In this document: positions 49,795 through 60,218 of the stretch, piece after piece
Numbering within the stretch: the stretch's first letter is position 1
How the letters are laid out: every line of letters starts with the position of its first letter
Assembly: GCA_029851125.1 (NCBI GenBank)
Contig: CP100319.1
Coordinates: forward strand, 75,762-139,761
Reading direction: 5' to 3'
DNA length: 64,000 nt
Source: Candidatus Bostrichicola ureolyticus
Lineage (GTDB): Bacteria > Bacteroidota > Bacteroidia > Flavobacteriales > Blattabacteriaceae
The notes under the pieces: generated by a model
Told to the model about the DNA's origin: nothing
What the model saw: only the letters and a program-made list of their open reading frames with translations
The model's database searches: none
Translations under genes and position numbers: made by a program

Positions 49795-50376
49795 ATGATA
49801 ACATATATAAAAGGAAAATTAATAGAAAAACACCATAATTATACAATTATAGAAATTAATGGTATAGGTTATCTTATTAGAATATCACTTAATACTTATC
49901 ATAAATTATCTAATACTAATAAAGAAATTATTTTATATACACATTTCTTTATTAAAGAAAACAACCATATATTATATGGTTTTTTTGATAAAATTGAACG
50001 AAAAATATTTCGTTATTTAATAACTATAAATGGTATAGGTCCTAATTATGCTATTTTAATATTATCATCTTTAACTCCTAAAGAAGTAGTATATTCAATA
50101 TTAAATAATAAAATTGATACTTTTTTAAAAATAAAAGGTATAGGTCTAAAAAATGCAAAAAGAATAATTATAGAATTAAAAGATAAAATACCAACAGACA
50201 TTTATAATAAAAAAGATTTATTAAAACAAAATGAAAAAGAAGATGTTTTAAGTGCTTTAAAAGTTTTGGGATTTTCAACAAAAAATACAAAACAAATACT
50301 TGATGACATTATTGAAAAAACACCTGAACTTTCAACTGAAGACTTAATAAAAGAAACTTTAAAAAAGTTATCATAA
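49795..50376 (+). CDS. ruvA: Holliday junction branch migration complex subunit RuvA
   Basis: Has MITYIKGKL...INGIGYLI, a typical RuvA N-terminus, and the HhH region INGIGPNYAILILS...IKGIGLKNAKRII, 193 aa. Confidence 0.9.
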   Translation: MITYIKGKLIEKHHNYTIIEINGIGYLIRISLNTYHKLSNTNKEIILYTHFFIKENNHILYGFFDKIERKIFRYLITINGIGPNYAILILSSLTPKEVVYSILNNKIDTFLKIKGIGLKNAKRIIIELKDKIPTDIYNKKDLLKQNEKEDVLSALKVLGFSTKNTKQILDDIIEKTPELSTEDLIKETLKKLS

Positions 50377-50398
50377 ATTAATTAATTATGAATTAATT

Positions 50399-51526
50399 AT
50401 GATTGAAAAAAAATATAAAAAAAGTATTATTATTTATATAATAAATAACTCAGAAACTATATTACCAGAATATTTTGAAGAATTAGAATCTTTAGCAAAA
50501 ACTGCTAACATTATAGTTGATAAAACATTTATACAAAAATTATATTATCCTAATCCACGAACTTTTATACGTTCAGGAAAAATTGAAGATATTAAAAATT
50601 ATATTAATATATCTAATATAAATACTGTTATATTTTATAATGAACTTTCACCAACTCAGGTTAAAAATCTTGAAATAATTTTTCAATGTCAAATAATATC
50701 TAGAACTAAATTAATTCTAGATATTTTTTCTCAAAGAGCAAAAACTTCATATGCTAGAACTCAAGTTGAATTAGCTAAATACCAATATTTGCTACCACAT
50801 TTAACTCACATGTGGACACATCTAGAAAGACAAAAAGGAGGAATAGGTTTACGTGGACCTGGAGAAGCTGAAATTGAAACAGATAGAAGAATAATACGTA
50901 ATAGAATTAATATTCTTAAAAAGAAATTGAAATTAATAGATAAACAAAGATCTACTCAAAGAAATAATAGAAAAAATATGATACGTGTTGCTATAGTAGG
51001 ATATACTAATGTAGGAAAATCTACATTAATGAATGTTTTAACAAAATCTAATATATTTGCAGAAAATAAATTGTTTGCTACTGTAGATACTACAGTACGA
51101 AAAATTGTAATATATAATTATTCATTTTTATTAACTGATACAGTAGGATTTATTAGAAAATTACCACAACAATTAATTAAATCATTTAAGTCAACATTAG
51201 ATGAAGTTAGAGAAGCAGATATTCTTATGCATGTAGTAGATATATCTAATAATAATTTTGAAGAGCATATTAAAGTAGTTGATAAAACATTATTTGAAAT
51301 ACAAGCTGCAAATAAACCAAAAATTATAGTATTTAATAAAATAGATAAATGCATATTTAATAATAAAATTAAATTGAATAATTCATTTTTTGAAAAAAAA
51401 TGGGAAGAAACATATATTGCTAAAAAATTTTATCCATCAGTGTTTATATCTGCATATACTAAAGAAAACATAACATTATTAAAAAATATTTTATTTTTAA
51501 ATGCTAAAAATATAAAAAATAATTAA
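50399..51526 (+). CDS. hflX: GTPase HflX
   Basis: Has an HflX N-terminal domain (RAKTSYARTQVELAKYQYLLPHL...GPGEAEIETDRR) and a G domain (VGYTNVGKSTLMN, DTVGFI, NKID). Confidence 0.92.
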   Translation: MIEKKYKKSIIIYIINNSETILPEYFEELESLAKTANIIVDKTFIQKLYYPNPRTFIRSGKIEDIKNYINISNINTVIFYNELSPTQVKNLEIIFQCQIISRTKLILDIFSQRAKTSYARTQVELAKYQYLLPHLTHMWTHLERQKGGIGLRGPGEAEIETDRRIIRNRINILKKKLKLIDKQRSTQRNNRKNMIRVAIVGYTNVGKSTLMNVLTKSNIFAENKLFATVDTTVRKIVIYNYSFLLTDTVGFIRKLPQQLIKSFKSTLDEVREADILMHVVDISNNNFEEHIKVVDKTLFEIQAANKPKIIVFNKIDKCIFNNKIKLNNSFFEKKWEETYIAKKFYPSVFISAYTKENITLLKNILFLNAKNIKNN

Positions 51527-51527
51527 G

Positions 51528-53912
51528 TTGAATAATATTTGTTATCATTGTGGAAAATCTTGTCTTAAACAAGAATCATTTGATGATAAAATTTTTTGTT
51601 GTAATGGATGCAAAAATGTATATCAAATTATTAATACATATAATTTAAAAAAATTTTATGAATTAAATAATAATCCAGGAATTATTCCTAATAATAAAAA
51701 TTATTATTTTGATTTTTTAGATAAAAATGATATAATAGAAAAATTTCTATCATTTGATGATGAAAATATATCAATAATAAAATTTGTTATTCCATCTATT
51801 CATTGTAGTTCTTGTATATGGCTACTCGAAAATTTACCCCAAATTAATTCCAGTATTATTCACTCAATAGTAAATTTTTCTCAAAGAGAAATTTTTCTTT
51901 ATATAAAAAAACCTTACACTTTAAGTAAAATAGCTAATTTACTTACTCAATTAGGATATAAACCATTATTTAATAATAATAATGAATATAAAAATAAAGA
52001 TCTATTAATCTATAGAAAACTTTTATATAAAATAGCAATAGCTTTTTTTTGTTTTGGAAATATTATGCTTTTAACATTTCCAGAATATTTAAGTCATAAT
52101 GATGATTCTTGGTTTTTAACTCATAAATATTATTTTCATTATATTATAATAATATTATCATTACCATCAATATTTTTTTCTGCAATAGATTATTTAAAAT
52201 CTGCTTTTTTAAGCATAAAAAAACGTAACATTAATATTAATGTTCCTATTACTTTAGGAATTTTAATACTTTTTTTTCGCAGTATTTATGAAATTATATA
52301 TAATATAGGATCAGGCTATTTAGATAGTTTAACTGGATTTATTTTTTTTCTTCTTTTAGGAAAATTTTTTCAACAAAAAACTTATCAAGTTATTTATTTT
52401 GACAGAGATTATAAATATTATTACCCAATATCTGTTACTCGTATTAATAATAATGGTATAGAAGAAAATATTTTAATATCAAATATTAAAATAGGAGATA
52501 AAATTATAATACGTAACGAAGAAATTATTCCATCTGATACTATTTTAATTGATGGGTCAGCAATGATTGATAATAGTTTTATTACAGGAGAATCTAGATT
52601 AATTTCAAAACAAATTGGAGATAAAATTTATGCAGGCGGTAAACAAAAAGGAGAATCAATAATATTAAAAGTTATTAAAGAAGTAAATCAAAGTTATTTA
52701 AACTGTTTATGGACTAAAAAATCTTATAAGAAAAAAATATTAATGTATAATATTATTAATATATGGTCTCGTTATTTTACAATAATTATTATAGTTATTT
52801 CATTAATTACTGGTGTATATTGGTTTTTTTTAGATAAATCTAAAATATATTCAACAATATGTTCAGTATTGATTGTAGCCTGTCCTTGTGCATTAGCTAT
52901 TTCATATCCTTTTACTTTAGGTAACATTATGCGGATTTTTGCTAAACAAGGAATTTTTGTTAAAGATATTTATACTATTGAACGCATATCTAAAATAACA
53001 ACATTAGTATTTGATAAAACAGGAACAATAACTGAAACAGATAAAACAAAAATTTTTTTTGTAGGAAAAAAACTAACTGAGGATGAAATTATATATATAA
53101 TTTCATTATTAAAAAATTCAAAGCATCCTTTAAGCCAAATGCTTTATAAACATTTATATATTCCTGGTAAAAAATATTATTCAATTAAACATTTTGAAGA
53201 AATTCCTGGAAAAGGGTTGAAAGCTTTAATTAATGGAATAATAATAAAAATTGGATCAATAAATTATATAAATCCATCAAAATCAAAAAAAACAGAAAAA
53301 AAAACAAAAGTATTCGTTTCTATAGGATCAAAAATATTAGGTTATTTTTTATTTAGTAATAAATATCGTAAAGGAATACAAGAAATATTTAATCAATTAA
53401 TTAAAAACAATTATGAAATTCATATATTATCAGGAGATAATAATTCTGAACAATCGTATATAAATTCTTTATTACCAAAAAGCAAAATTTACTTTTTTCA
53501 AAGTCCCGAATCTAAACTTAATTATATAATTAATCTTCAAAAGAAAGGAAAACAAGTAATGATGTTAGGTGACGGTATTAACGATATTGGAGCTTTAAAA
53601 CAAAGTGAAGTAGGTATTGCAATATTTGAAAATTCAAATAATTTTTATCCTAGTTGTGATGTTTTAATAGATGGAAAAAACATTACTAAAATTAATTATA
53701 TATTAAAATTATCAAAATTTGGAATACGTATAATTTTATTAAGTTTTTTAATTAGTATTATTTATAATTTAATAGGATTAAGTTTTGCTATTTACGGATA
53801 TTTAACACCTATTATTGTAGCTATACTTATGCCTATAAGTTCAATATCAGTTATTATATTTACTACATTATCTACTTATATAATATCTTATTTTATAAAT
53901 AAAAAAAAATAA
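51528..53912 (+). CDS. ccoI: heavy-metal (Cu) translocating P1B-type ATPase, CcoI/FixI-like
   Basis: Has an N-terminal Cys-rich domain (CYHCGKSC...FCCNGCKNVY), the CPC motif (VACPCALAIS), DKTGT (FDKTGTIT) and GDGINDIGAL. It lies immediately upstream of ccoS-ccoNO. A TTG start is forced. Confidence 0.88.
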   Translation: MNNICYHCGKSCLKQESFDDKIFCCNGCKNVYQIINTYNLKKFYELNNNPGIIPNNKNYYFDFLDKNDIIEKFLSFDDENISIIKFVIPSIHCSSCIWLLENLPQINSSIIHSIVNFSQREIFLYIKKPYTLSKIANLLTQLGYKPLFNNNNEYKNKDLLIYRKLLYKIAIAFFCFGNIMLLTFPEYLSHNDDSWFLTHKYYFHYIIIILSLPSIFFSAIDYLKSAFLSIKKRNININVPITLGILILFFRSIYEIIYNIGSGYLDSLTGFIFFLLLGKFFQQKTYQVIYFDRDYKYYYPISVTRINNNGIEENILISNIKIGDKIIIRNEEIIPSDTILIDGSAMIDNSFITGESRLISKQIGDKIYAGGKQKGESIILKVIKEVNQSYLNCLWTKKSYKKKILMYNIINIWSRYFTIIIIVISLITGVYWFFLDKSKIYSTICSVLIVACPCALAISYPFTLGNIMRIFAKQGIFVKDIYTIERISKITTLVFDKTGTITETDKTKIFFVGKKLTEDEIIYIISLLKNSKHPLSQMLYKHLYIPGKKYYSIKHFEEIPGKGLKALINGIIIKIGSINYINPSKSKKTEKKTKVFVSIGSKILGYFLFSNKYRKGIQEIFNQLIKNNYEIHILSGDNNSEQSYINSLLPKSKIYFFQSPESKLNYIINLQKKGKQVMMLGDGINDIGALKQSEVGIAIFENSNNFYPSCDVLIDGKNITKINYILKLSKFGIRIILLSFLISIIYNLIGLSFAIYGYLTPIIVAILMPISSISVIIFTTLSTYIISYFINKKK

Positions 53913-53950
53913 TTTAATAAATTATATATTTATAATTTAATAATTTTAAT

Positions 53951-54097
53951 ATGGATGTATTACTTTTAATGATACCATCTAGTATATTTTTAGGTATATT
54001 ATTTCTTATAATGTTTATAATTAGTGTATATACTGGACAATTTGATGATATTGATTCACAGGCTGTACGTATATTACTTGACGATAAAGAAGATTAA
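53951..54097 (+). CDS. ccoS: cbb3-type cytochrome oxidase maturation protein CcoS
   Basis: A 48-codon ORF, translated by hand and not in the ORF track: MDVLLLMIPSSIFLGILFLIMFIISVYTGQFDDIDSQAVRILLDDKED. The single TM segment plus the GQFDD...ILLDD tail is the CcoS/FixS pattern. Its stop abuts the ccoNO ATG. Confidence 0.8.
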   Translation: MDVLLLMIPSSIFLGILFLIMFIISVYTGQFDDIDSQAVRILLDDKED

Positions 54098-56266
54098 ATG
54101 CAAATACAAAAATTTTATTACGATAATAAAATCGTAAAAGCATTTTTATATGCTACTATATTCTGGGGTATAATAGGATTTATAGCTGGATTAATAATAG
54201 CTTTATTGTTATTTCATCCTGACCTACCAGAATTAATTATAGGTAATAATTTAAAATTTTCTAATGGTATATTAGGATTTGGTAGGTTACGAGCAGTACA
54301 TACTACAACAGCTATTTTTGCTTTTATTGGAAATATAATTTTTACAGGATCATATTATTCATTACAACGATTATTAAAAACAAGAATGTATAGTGATCTT
54401 TTTAGTTGGATACATTTTTGGGGATGGCAATTATTTATTCTACTATCTTGGATTACATTTTTAATGGGAATTAATACAAGTAAAGAATATGCAGAACATG
54501 AATGGCCATTAGACATAATGATAACTTTGGTTTGGCTAATATATGGTATTAATATGATAGGAACAATTTTGAATAGACGAGTTAAACATCTTTATGTATC
54601 TATTTGGTTTTACATAAGTACGTGGACAGCTATGGTAATGTTACATATTTTAAATAATCTTGAATTACCTATATCTTTAACTTCATTTAAAAGTTATTCA
54701 ATTTATGCTGGCGTACAAGATGCATTAATACAATGGTGGTATGGACATAATGCAGTAGCGTTTATTTTAACTACACCTATTTTAGGATTAATGTATTATT
54801 TTATTCCTAAAGCATCAGGAAATCCAGTATTTTCTTATAAACTTTCTATAATACATTTTTGGTCTTTAATATTTATTTACATATGGGCAGGTCCCCATCA
54901 TCTAATTTATACTTCTTTGCCTGGTTGGTCACAAGCATTAGGAACAGTATTTTCTATAATGCTTTTAGCTCCTTCATGGGGTGGAATGTTAAATGGTTTA
55001 TTAACATTAAGAGGATCTGTTAAAAACAATCCAATACTAAAATTTTTTGTTGTGTCTGTTATATGTTATGGTATGGCGACTTTTGAAGGTCCTATTTTAG
55101 CTACTAAAACATTAAATTCTATTGGACATTTTACTGATTGGATTGTTGCTCATGCACATTTAGGGACTTTAGGATGGAATGGATTTATGGCTTTTGGTAT
55201 AATATACTGGTTAATAGAAAAACTATGGAATACTAAATTATATTCATTAAAATTAGTTAATTACCATTTTTGGATAGGAACATTAGGTATAGTATTATAT
55301 ATTATGCCAATGTATTTGGGATCTGTAAAACAAGCAGAAATATTAAAAGCATTTAAAATAGACGGTACTCTTCTTCATAAAAATTTTATTGATTCTGTTA
55401 TTGCTCTAAAACCTTTTTATATTGTAAGATTTATTGGAGGAAGTCTTTATATAATAGGAGCATTTATTATGATATATAATATCTATAAAACTATACAAAA
55501 AGGATATTTTATTAATAATGAAATAACTCAAGCACCTACTTTATTAAAATCTAATAATAAATCTAAATATCTTCATAATTGGCTTGAACGTAAACCTATC
55601 ACAATGACAATTTTATCGCTAATTGTAGTAGCTATTGGTGGATTAATAGAAATTATACCTACTTTTGTAGTCAAATCTAATATTCCTATTATAAAAAATG
55701 TTAAACCTTATACTCCTCTTGAATTAGAAGGAAGAGATTTATATATAAGAGAAAACTGTAATAGTTGCCATAGTCAACAAATCCGTCCATTTAGAGATGA
55801 AGTAGTTCGTTATGGAGAATATTCTAAAGCAGGAGAATTTATATATGATCATCCATTTTTATGGGGTTCAAAACGTACTGGTCCTGATTTATCACGAGAA
55901 GGTGGAAAAAAATCCAGTTCATGGCATTATAAACATATGTTTAATCCACGTTCATTGGAACCTAATTCTATTATGCCTAAATATCCATGGTTAATATTTA
56001 ATGAATTAGATAGATCTAACATACAAAATAAAATGAAAACATTGGCAAAATTGGGTGTACCATATACACAAGAAGAAATAAAAAATGCATATAAAGATAT
56101 GGATAAACAAGCAAAACAAATTGTATTAGAAATATATAGTGAATCTCCTGAGATAAAAAAAGAAATAAAACAATGTGATAAATTTATTCCTTTAGAAAAA
56201 AGAGAAATTATTGCTTTAATAGCTTATTTACAACGTCTTGGACGAGATATAAAAATTGATAAATAA
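54098..56266 (+). CDS. ccoNO: cbb3-type cytochrome c oxidase, fused subunits I and II (CcoN-CcoO)
   Basis: A 722-aa ORF with a heme-copper oxidase core (WWYGHNAVAF, HHLIY, AHAHLGTLGW). The C-terminal CcoO part has the heme c site CNSCHSQ. The fusion is typical of Bacteroidota. Confidence 0.93.
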   Translation: MQIQKFYYDNKIVKAFLYATIFWGIIGFIAGLIIALLLFHPDLPELIIGNNLKFSNGILGFGRLRAVHTTTAIFAFIGNIIFTGSYYSLQRLLKTRMYSDLFSWIHFWGWQLFILLSWITFLMGINTSKEYAEHEWPLDIMITLVWLIYGINMIGTILNRRVKHLYVSIWFYISTWTAMVMLHILNNLELPISLTSFKSYSIYAGVQDALIQWWYGHNAVAFILTTPILGLMYYFIPKASGNPVFSYKLSIIHFWSLIFIYIWAGPHHLIYTSLPGWSQALGTVFSIMLLAPSWGGMLNGLLTLRGSVKNNPILKFFVVSVICYGMATFEGPILATKTLNSIGHFTDWIVAHAHLGTLGWNGFMAFGIIYWLIEKLWNTKLYSLKLVNYHFWIGTLGIVLYIMPMYLGSVKQAEILKAFKIDGTLLHKNFIDSVIALKPFYIVRFIGGSLYIIGAFIMIYNIYKTIQKGYFINNEITQAPTLLKSNNKSKYLHNWLERKPITMTILSLIVVAIGGLIEIIPTFVVKSNIPIIKNVKPYTPLELEGRDLYIRENCNSCHSQQIRPFRDEVVRYGEYSKAGEFIYDHPFLWGSKRTGPDLSREGGKKSSSWHYKHMFNPRSLEPNSIMPKYPWLIFNELDRSNIQNKMKTLAKLGVPYTQEEIKNAYKDMDKQAKQIVLEIYSESPEIKKEIKQCDKFIPLEKREIIALIAYLQRLGRDIKIDK

Positions 56267-56267
56267 T

Positions 56268-56438
56268 ATGATTGTTTTTTTTAAACAATATTTATCAAAA
56301 AATTATATATTTATTATAATTCAATCAATAATTTTATTAATATTCTTTTTGATATTTTGTTTAATAATTTATTTAGTATATAAAAAACCTAAAATTTATT
56401 ATAAAGGTATTTCTAATATTCCATTAGATAAAAATTAA
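56268..56438 (+). CDS. ccoQ: CcoQ/FixQ-like small membrane subunit of cbb3 oxidase
   Basis: A single-TM peptide ending in ISNIPLD, a tail I recall from flavobacterial CcoQ. I prefer the ATG at 56268 over the track's TTG at 56256. It sits between ccoNO and ccoP. Confidence 0.6.
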   Translation: MIVFFKQYLSKNYIFIIIQSIILLIFFLIFCLIIYLVYKKPKIYYKGISNIPLDKN

Positions 56439-56450
56439 ATTAAATTTATT

Positions 56451-57314
56451 ATGAAACCTAGAATACCTTTTATTATAAATATTTCTTTTACACTATCAAT
56501 AGTTATTATTACAATTTATATATTGACAAATGGTAATTTAGTTTATAATACTCTAACTATTAGCATATTTATTATAATAATAATACTATTACTAATAGTA
56601 GAAACATTAAACAGTATAATATATAATTACAAATTAAAATTTCTTTCAGAAGAAGAAAGATCTATACTTATAAAGAAAAACAGTGAAAATTATTTAATAA
56701 GATTATATAAAACAGGTTTTTTACCACCTTCTAATGAAGAAAAAATAGAAAAAATTGATCACGGATTTGATGGAATTATTGAAATGAATAATGAAATACC
56801 TAAATTATGGATATATATTTTTAATTTTACTATTATAGTTTCAATAATTTATATTTATGCATATTTTTTTACCGATTTTGCTAATCCTTATAAAGATTAT
56901 GAAGTGGCTTATAAAAAACAATTATTAGAAGTTACTTTATATGAAAAAATACGTCCTCAAGCAACTATAAACACTGCAACTTTTAAAAAAGAATTAATAA
57001 ATGAAGGAAAAAAATTATTTAATGAAAATTGTGCTATTTGTCATAATTCTGATGGTAGTGGTAATTTAGGTCCTAATCTTACAGATGATTATTGGATCAA
57101 TAAAGAAAAAGATGATCTTTTTAAAAATATATTTTATATTATATGGTATGGCAGTAAAAATAATCCTACTATGCGAGCTTTTGGAGCTAATGGAGAAATT
57201 AAGGGTAATGATTTGGAAAAAATTGCTAGTTATGTTTATTTTATAAATCAAAATACTAAAAAACCTAAAAATGCAAAAGTTCCTGAAGGAAAAAAAATAA
57301 TTTGGAACAAATGA
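56451..57314 (+). CDS. ccoP: cbb3-type cytochrome c oxidase subunit III (CcoP), one visible heme c site
   Basis: Has the CcoP N-terminal domain motif DHGFDGIIEMNNEIPKLW and a single CxxCH (CAICH), 287 aa. Confidence 0.85.
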   Translation: MKPRIPFIINISFTLSIVIITIYILTNGNLVYNTLTISIFIIIIILLLIVETLNSIIYNYKLKFLSEEERSILIKKNSENYLIRLYKTGFLPPSNEEKIEKIDHGFDGIIEMNNEIPKLWIYIFNFTIIVSIIYIYAYFFTDFANPYKDYEVAYKKQLLEVTLYEKIRPQATINTATFKKELINEGKKLFNENCAICHNSDGSGNLGPNLTDDYWINKEKDDLFKNIFYIIWYGSKNNPTMRAFGANGEIKGNDLEKIASYVYFINQNTKKPKNAKVPEGKKIIWNK

Positions 57315-57751
57315 AAAATTATATATATTATTTTGGAATAATTATATTAATTAGTTTTATATTATTTATAATGTATATTGCCTTTTTTAAATCAAATATT
57401 ACAAGTGAATTAGTTTCAGACAATTATTATGAAGAAGAAATGAAATATCAAGAAATTATTGATGAGTGTCAAAATACAACTAATTTATCTAAAAAAATTG
57501 ATATAAAAATTATGTATTATGGTATTAAAATATGTTTTCCTGAATTTTTTAATTATAAAAATACTAAAGGTTATATAATTTTATTAAGACCATCAAATAA
57601 AAAATGGGATAGTTATCAAATATTAAAATTAAATTCTCAAGGAGAAACCTTTATATATGCAAATAAATTAAAAAAAGGAGTTTACCAACTTATATTACGT
57701 TGGAATTCAAATGGAAAAAAATATTGTTTAAAAACATATATAAAATGGTAA
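57311..57751 (+). CDS. ccoH: FixH/CcoH-family protein
   Basis: An N-terminal TM segment followed by DNYYEEEMKYQE, typical of flavobacterial FixH-family proteins. The ATG at 57311 overlaps the ccoP TGA (ATGA). The track start at 57302 is a TTG. Confidence 0.65.
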   Translation: MKNYIYYFGIIILISFILFIMYIAFFKSNITSELVSDNYYEEEMKYQEIIDECQNTTNLSKKIDIKIMYYGIKICFPEFFNYKNTKGYIILLRPSNKKWDSYQILKLNSQGETFIYANKLKKGVYQLILRWNSNGKKYCLKTYIKW

Positions 57752-58974
57752 ATAAAAAATTAGAAGCTCTAAATTATCATAGAAAATTTCCAGCTGGAAA
57801 AATACAAATATATCCCACTAAAGATTATAATAATTTATCTTTAGCTTATTCACCTGGTGTAGCAGCACCTTGCAATGAAATTTTCAAAGACCCTAAAACA
57901 GTATATAATTACACATCAAAAGGTAATTTGGTAGGAGTAATTACTAATGGTACAGCTGTATTAGGACTTGGAAAAATAGGAGCATTAGCCTCTAAACCTG
58001 TTATGGAAGGTAAAGCTATTTTATTTAAAATTTTGGCTGGTATAGATGCATTCGACATAGAGATTAATGAAGATAATCCAAAAAAATTTATTCAAATAAT
58101 AAAAGCTATATCTCCTACATTTGGAGGAATAAATTTAGAAGATATTAAAGCACCAGAAGCATTTGAAATAGAGAATATTCTTAAAGAAGAACTAGATATT
58201 CCTATAATGCATGATGATCAACATGGTACTGCTATTATTTCAGGAGCTGCATTGCTTAACGCTTTAGAGTTAGTTAATAAAAAAATTGAAAATATCAAAA
58301 TGGTTATTAATGGAGCTGGTGCAGCTGCTATTTCTTGTGCACGTATTTATAAAAAATTAGGAGTAAAAAATATAATAATGTGTGATAGTAAAGGTATTAT
58401 TCATAATAAACGAACAGATATAAATAAAGAAAAAAAAGAATTTTCTGTAAAAACTTCTAAGATATCTTTAGAAGATGCAATTAAAGGTGCTGATATATTT
58501 ATTGGTTTATCAGTTAAAAATGTATTAAGTCCCTACATGTTGAAAAGTATGGCTAAAGATCCTATAGTATTTGCTCTTGCAAATCCTGATCCAGAAATAG
58601 AATATAATTTAGCTATAAAAACTCGTAATGATTTAATTATAGCAACAGGAAGAAGTGACTATCCTAATCAAGTTAACAATGTCATGGGTTTTCCTTATAT
58701 TTTTAGAGGAGCATTAGATGTTAAAGCAAAAAAAATTAACGAAGAAATGAAATTAGCAGCTATAAAATCTATAGCTAAATTAACAAAAGAACCTGTAGAT
58801 AAATTATCATTTAATAAAGAATACATTCTACCTAAACCTTTTGATAAACGTTTAATTATATATGTATCTTTAGCTGTAGCTAAAGCAGCAATTGATTCTG
58901 GAGTAGCAAGAGACAATATTACTAATTGGGATAATTATAAAAAACAATTAATTAATAGAATTAAAAATTTTTAA
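57745..58974 (+). CDS. maeB: NAD(P)-dependent malic enzyme (malic domain only, no PTA domain)
   Basis: Has [43 protein letters not shown] and GAGAAAI. I take the start at the ATG at 57745 ([12 protein letters not shown]); the track's 57700 start lies inside ccoH. Confidence 0.9.
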   Translation: MVNKKLEALNYHRKFPAGKIQIYPTKDYNNLSLAYSPGVAAPCNEIFKDPKTVYNYTSKGNLVGVITNGTAVLGLGKIGALASKPVMEGKAILFKILAGIDAFDIEINEDNPKKFIQIIKAISPTFGGINLEDIKAPEAFEIENILKEELDIPIMHDDQHGTAIISGAALLNALELVNKKIENIKMVINGAGAAAISCARIYKKLGVKNIIMCDSKGIIHNKRTDINKEKKEFSVKTSKISLEDAIKGADIFIGLSVKNVLSPYMLKSMAKDPIVFALANPDPEIEYNLAIKTRNDLIIATGRSDYPNQVNNVMGFPYIFRGALDVKAKKINEEMKLAAIKSIAKLTKEPVDKLSFNKEYILPKPFDKRLIIYVSLAVAKAAIDSGVARDNITNWDNYKKQLINRIKNF

Positions 58975-60218
58975 ATTACTTTAATAATAAAAAAATTTTT
59001 TTTACTTATTTGTAATAAAATATAACGTTCAGCAATTAAGTCCTTTGTGGTTAAACACATATTTTCATATACAATAGTTTTATTAACCAATATAGCTTTA
59101 CTCTTAATAAGACGATAAACTGCATTTTTTGATGATAAAAAATTGCTATATTTTACTAAAATATCAACAATTGTAATTCCTTTTTCTAAATATTCTTTAC
59201 TTATTTCTACTTTAGGAACTCCGTTAAAAATAGATAGATCTTTATTTATTTTTTTTAATTCATCTATATTTTTACTAAATAGTATGTATGAAGTATTAAC
59301 AGCTTTTTCATAAGCTTTATTTCCGTGTATCCATTTTGTTATTTCAGAAGCTATTTTTTTTTGTAATAATCTTTTATTAGGTGATTGTCTATGTTTTATA
59401 ATTAAATTTTCAATTTCAAATTGAGATAAAAAAGTATAAAATTTAATAAATTTTTCAGCTTCATTATCTGATATATTTAACCAAAATTGATAAAATTTAT
59501 AAGGTGAAGTACGTTGTGGATCAATCCAAATATTTGTTCCTTTTTCAGTTTTACCTATTTTACTACCATCATTTTTAGTAATTAATGGAACAGTTAATCC
59601 ATAAGCTGTTACTGAAAATTTTTTTTTAATTAGCTCTATGCCAGTAGTAATGTTTCCCCATTGATCAGAACCACCTATTTGTAGTAGACAATTTTTTGTT
59701 TTATAAAGATATAAAAAATCATATCCTTGAATTAATTGATAGGTAAATTCAGTAAAAGACATTCCATTATTATATAAACGTTTTTTAACAGAATCTTTAG
59801 CTATCATATAATTAATTGTAATATATTTACCAATATTACGTGCAAAGTTTAAAAACGAAATATCTTTTATCCACTCATAATTATTAAGTAATTCAAAATC
59901 TAAAAAACGATCTAACTGACTTTTAATACTATTAATATTATTTTCTATTACATCATTATTCAACAATTGTCTTTCAGTATTTTTATATGAAGGATCTCCA
60001 ATCATAGCTGTAGCTCCACCAATAATAATTAAAGGGTTATGACCAGCATTTTGAAAATGAACTAATATTGAAATAGGAACAAGATTACCAATATGCAATG
60101 AATCTGATGTTGGGTCAAATCCAGTATAAAGTGTTATTTTTTTGTATTCTGAATATATTCCTGGTGTACAATTTTGTACTAAACCTCTCCAAGTAAGTTC
60201 ATTTAATATTTTTTTCAT
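58971..60218 (-). CDS. tyrS: tyrosine--tRNA ligase
   Basis: A class I synthetase with GFDPTSDSLHIGNL (HIGH) and KIGKT (KMSKS-like), plus a C-terminal S4-like domain, 415 aa. Confidence 0.94.
   Translation of the reverse strand: MKKILNELTWRGLVQNCTPGIYSEYKKITLYTGFDPTSDSLHIGNLVPISILVHFQNAGHNPLIIIGGATAMIGDPSYKNTERQLLNNDVIENNINSIKSQLDRFLDFELLNNYEWIKDISFLNFARNIGKYITINYMIAKDSVKKRLYNNGMSFTEFTYQLIQGYDFLYLYKTKNCLLQIGGSDQWGNITTGIELIKKKFSVTAYGLTVPLITKNDGSKIGKTEKGTNIWIDPQRTSPYKFYQFWLNISDNEAEKFIKFYTFLSQFEIENLIIKHRQSPNKRLLQKKIASEITKWIHGNKAYEKAVNTSYILFSKNIDELKKINKDLSIFNGVPKVEISKEYLEKGITIVDILVKYSNFLSSKNAVYRLIKSKAILVNKTIVYENMCLTTKDLIAERYILLQISKKNFFIIKVI

Noticed and set aside
57700-57744. The track start of the malic enzyme ORF at 57700 (MEFKWKKILFKNIYK...), and similarly the fabD ORF start at 60953.
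   Set aside because: These upstream extensions lie inside ccoH and antisense to tatD respectively, and add non-homologous residues. The conserved N-termini begin at the ATGs at 57745 and 61031.
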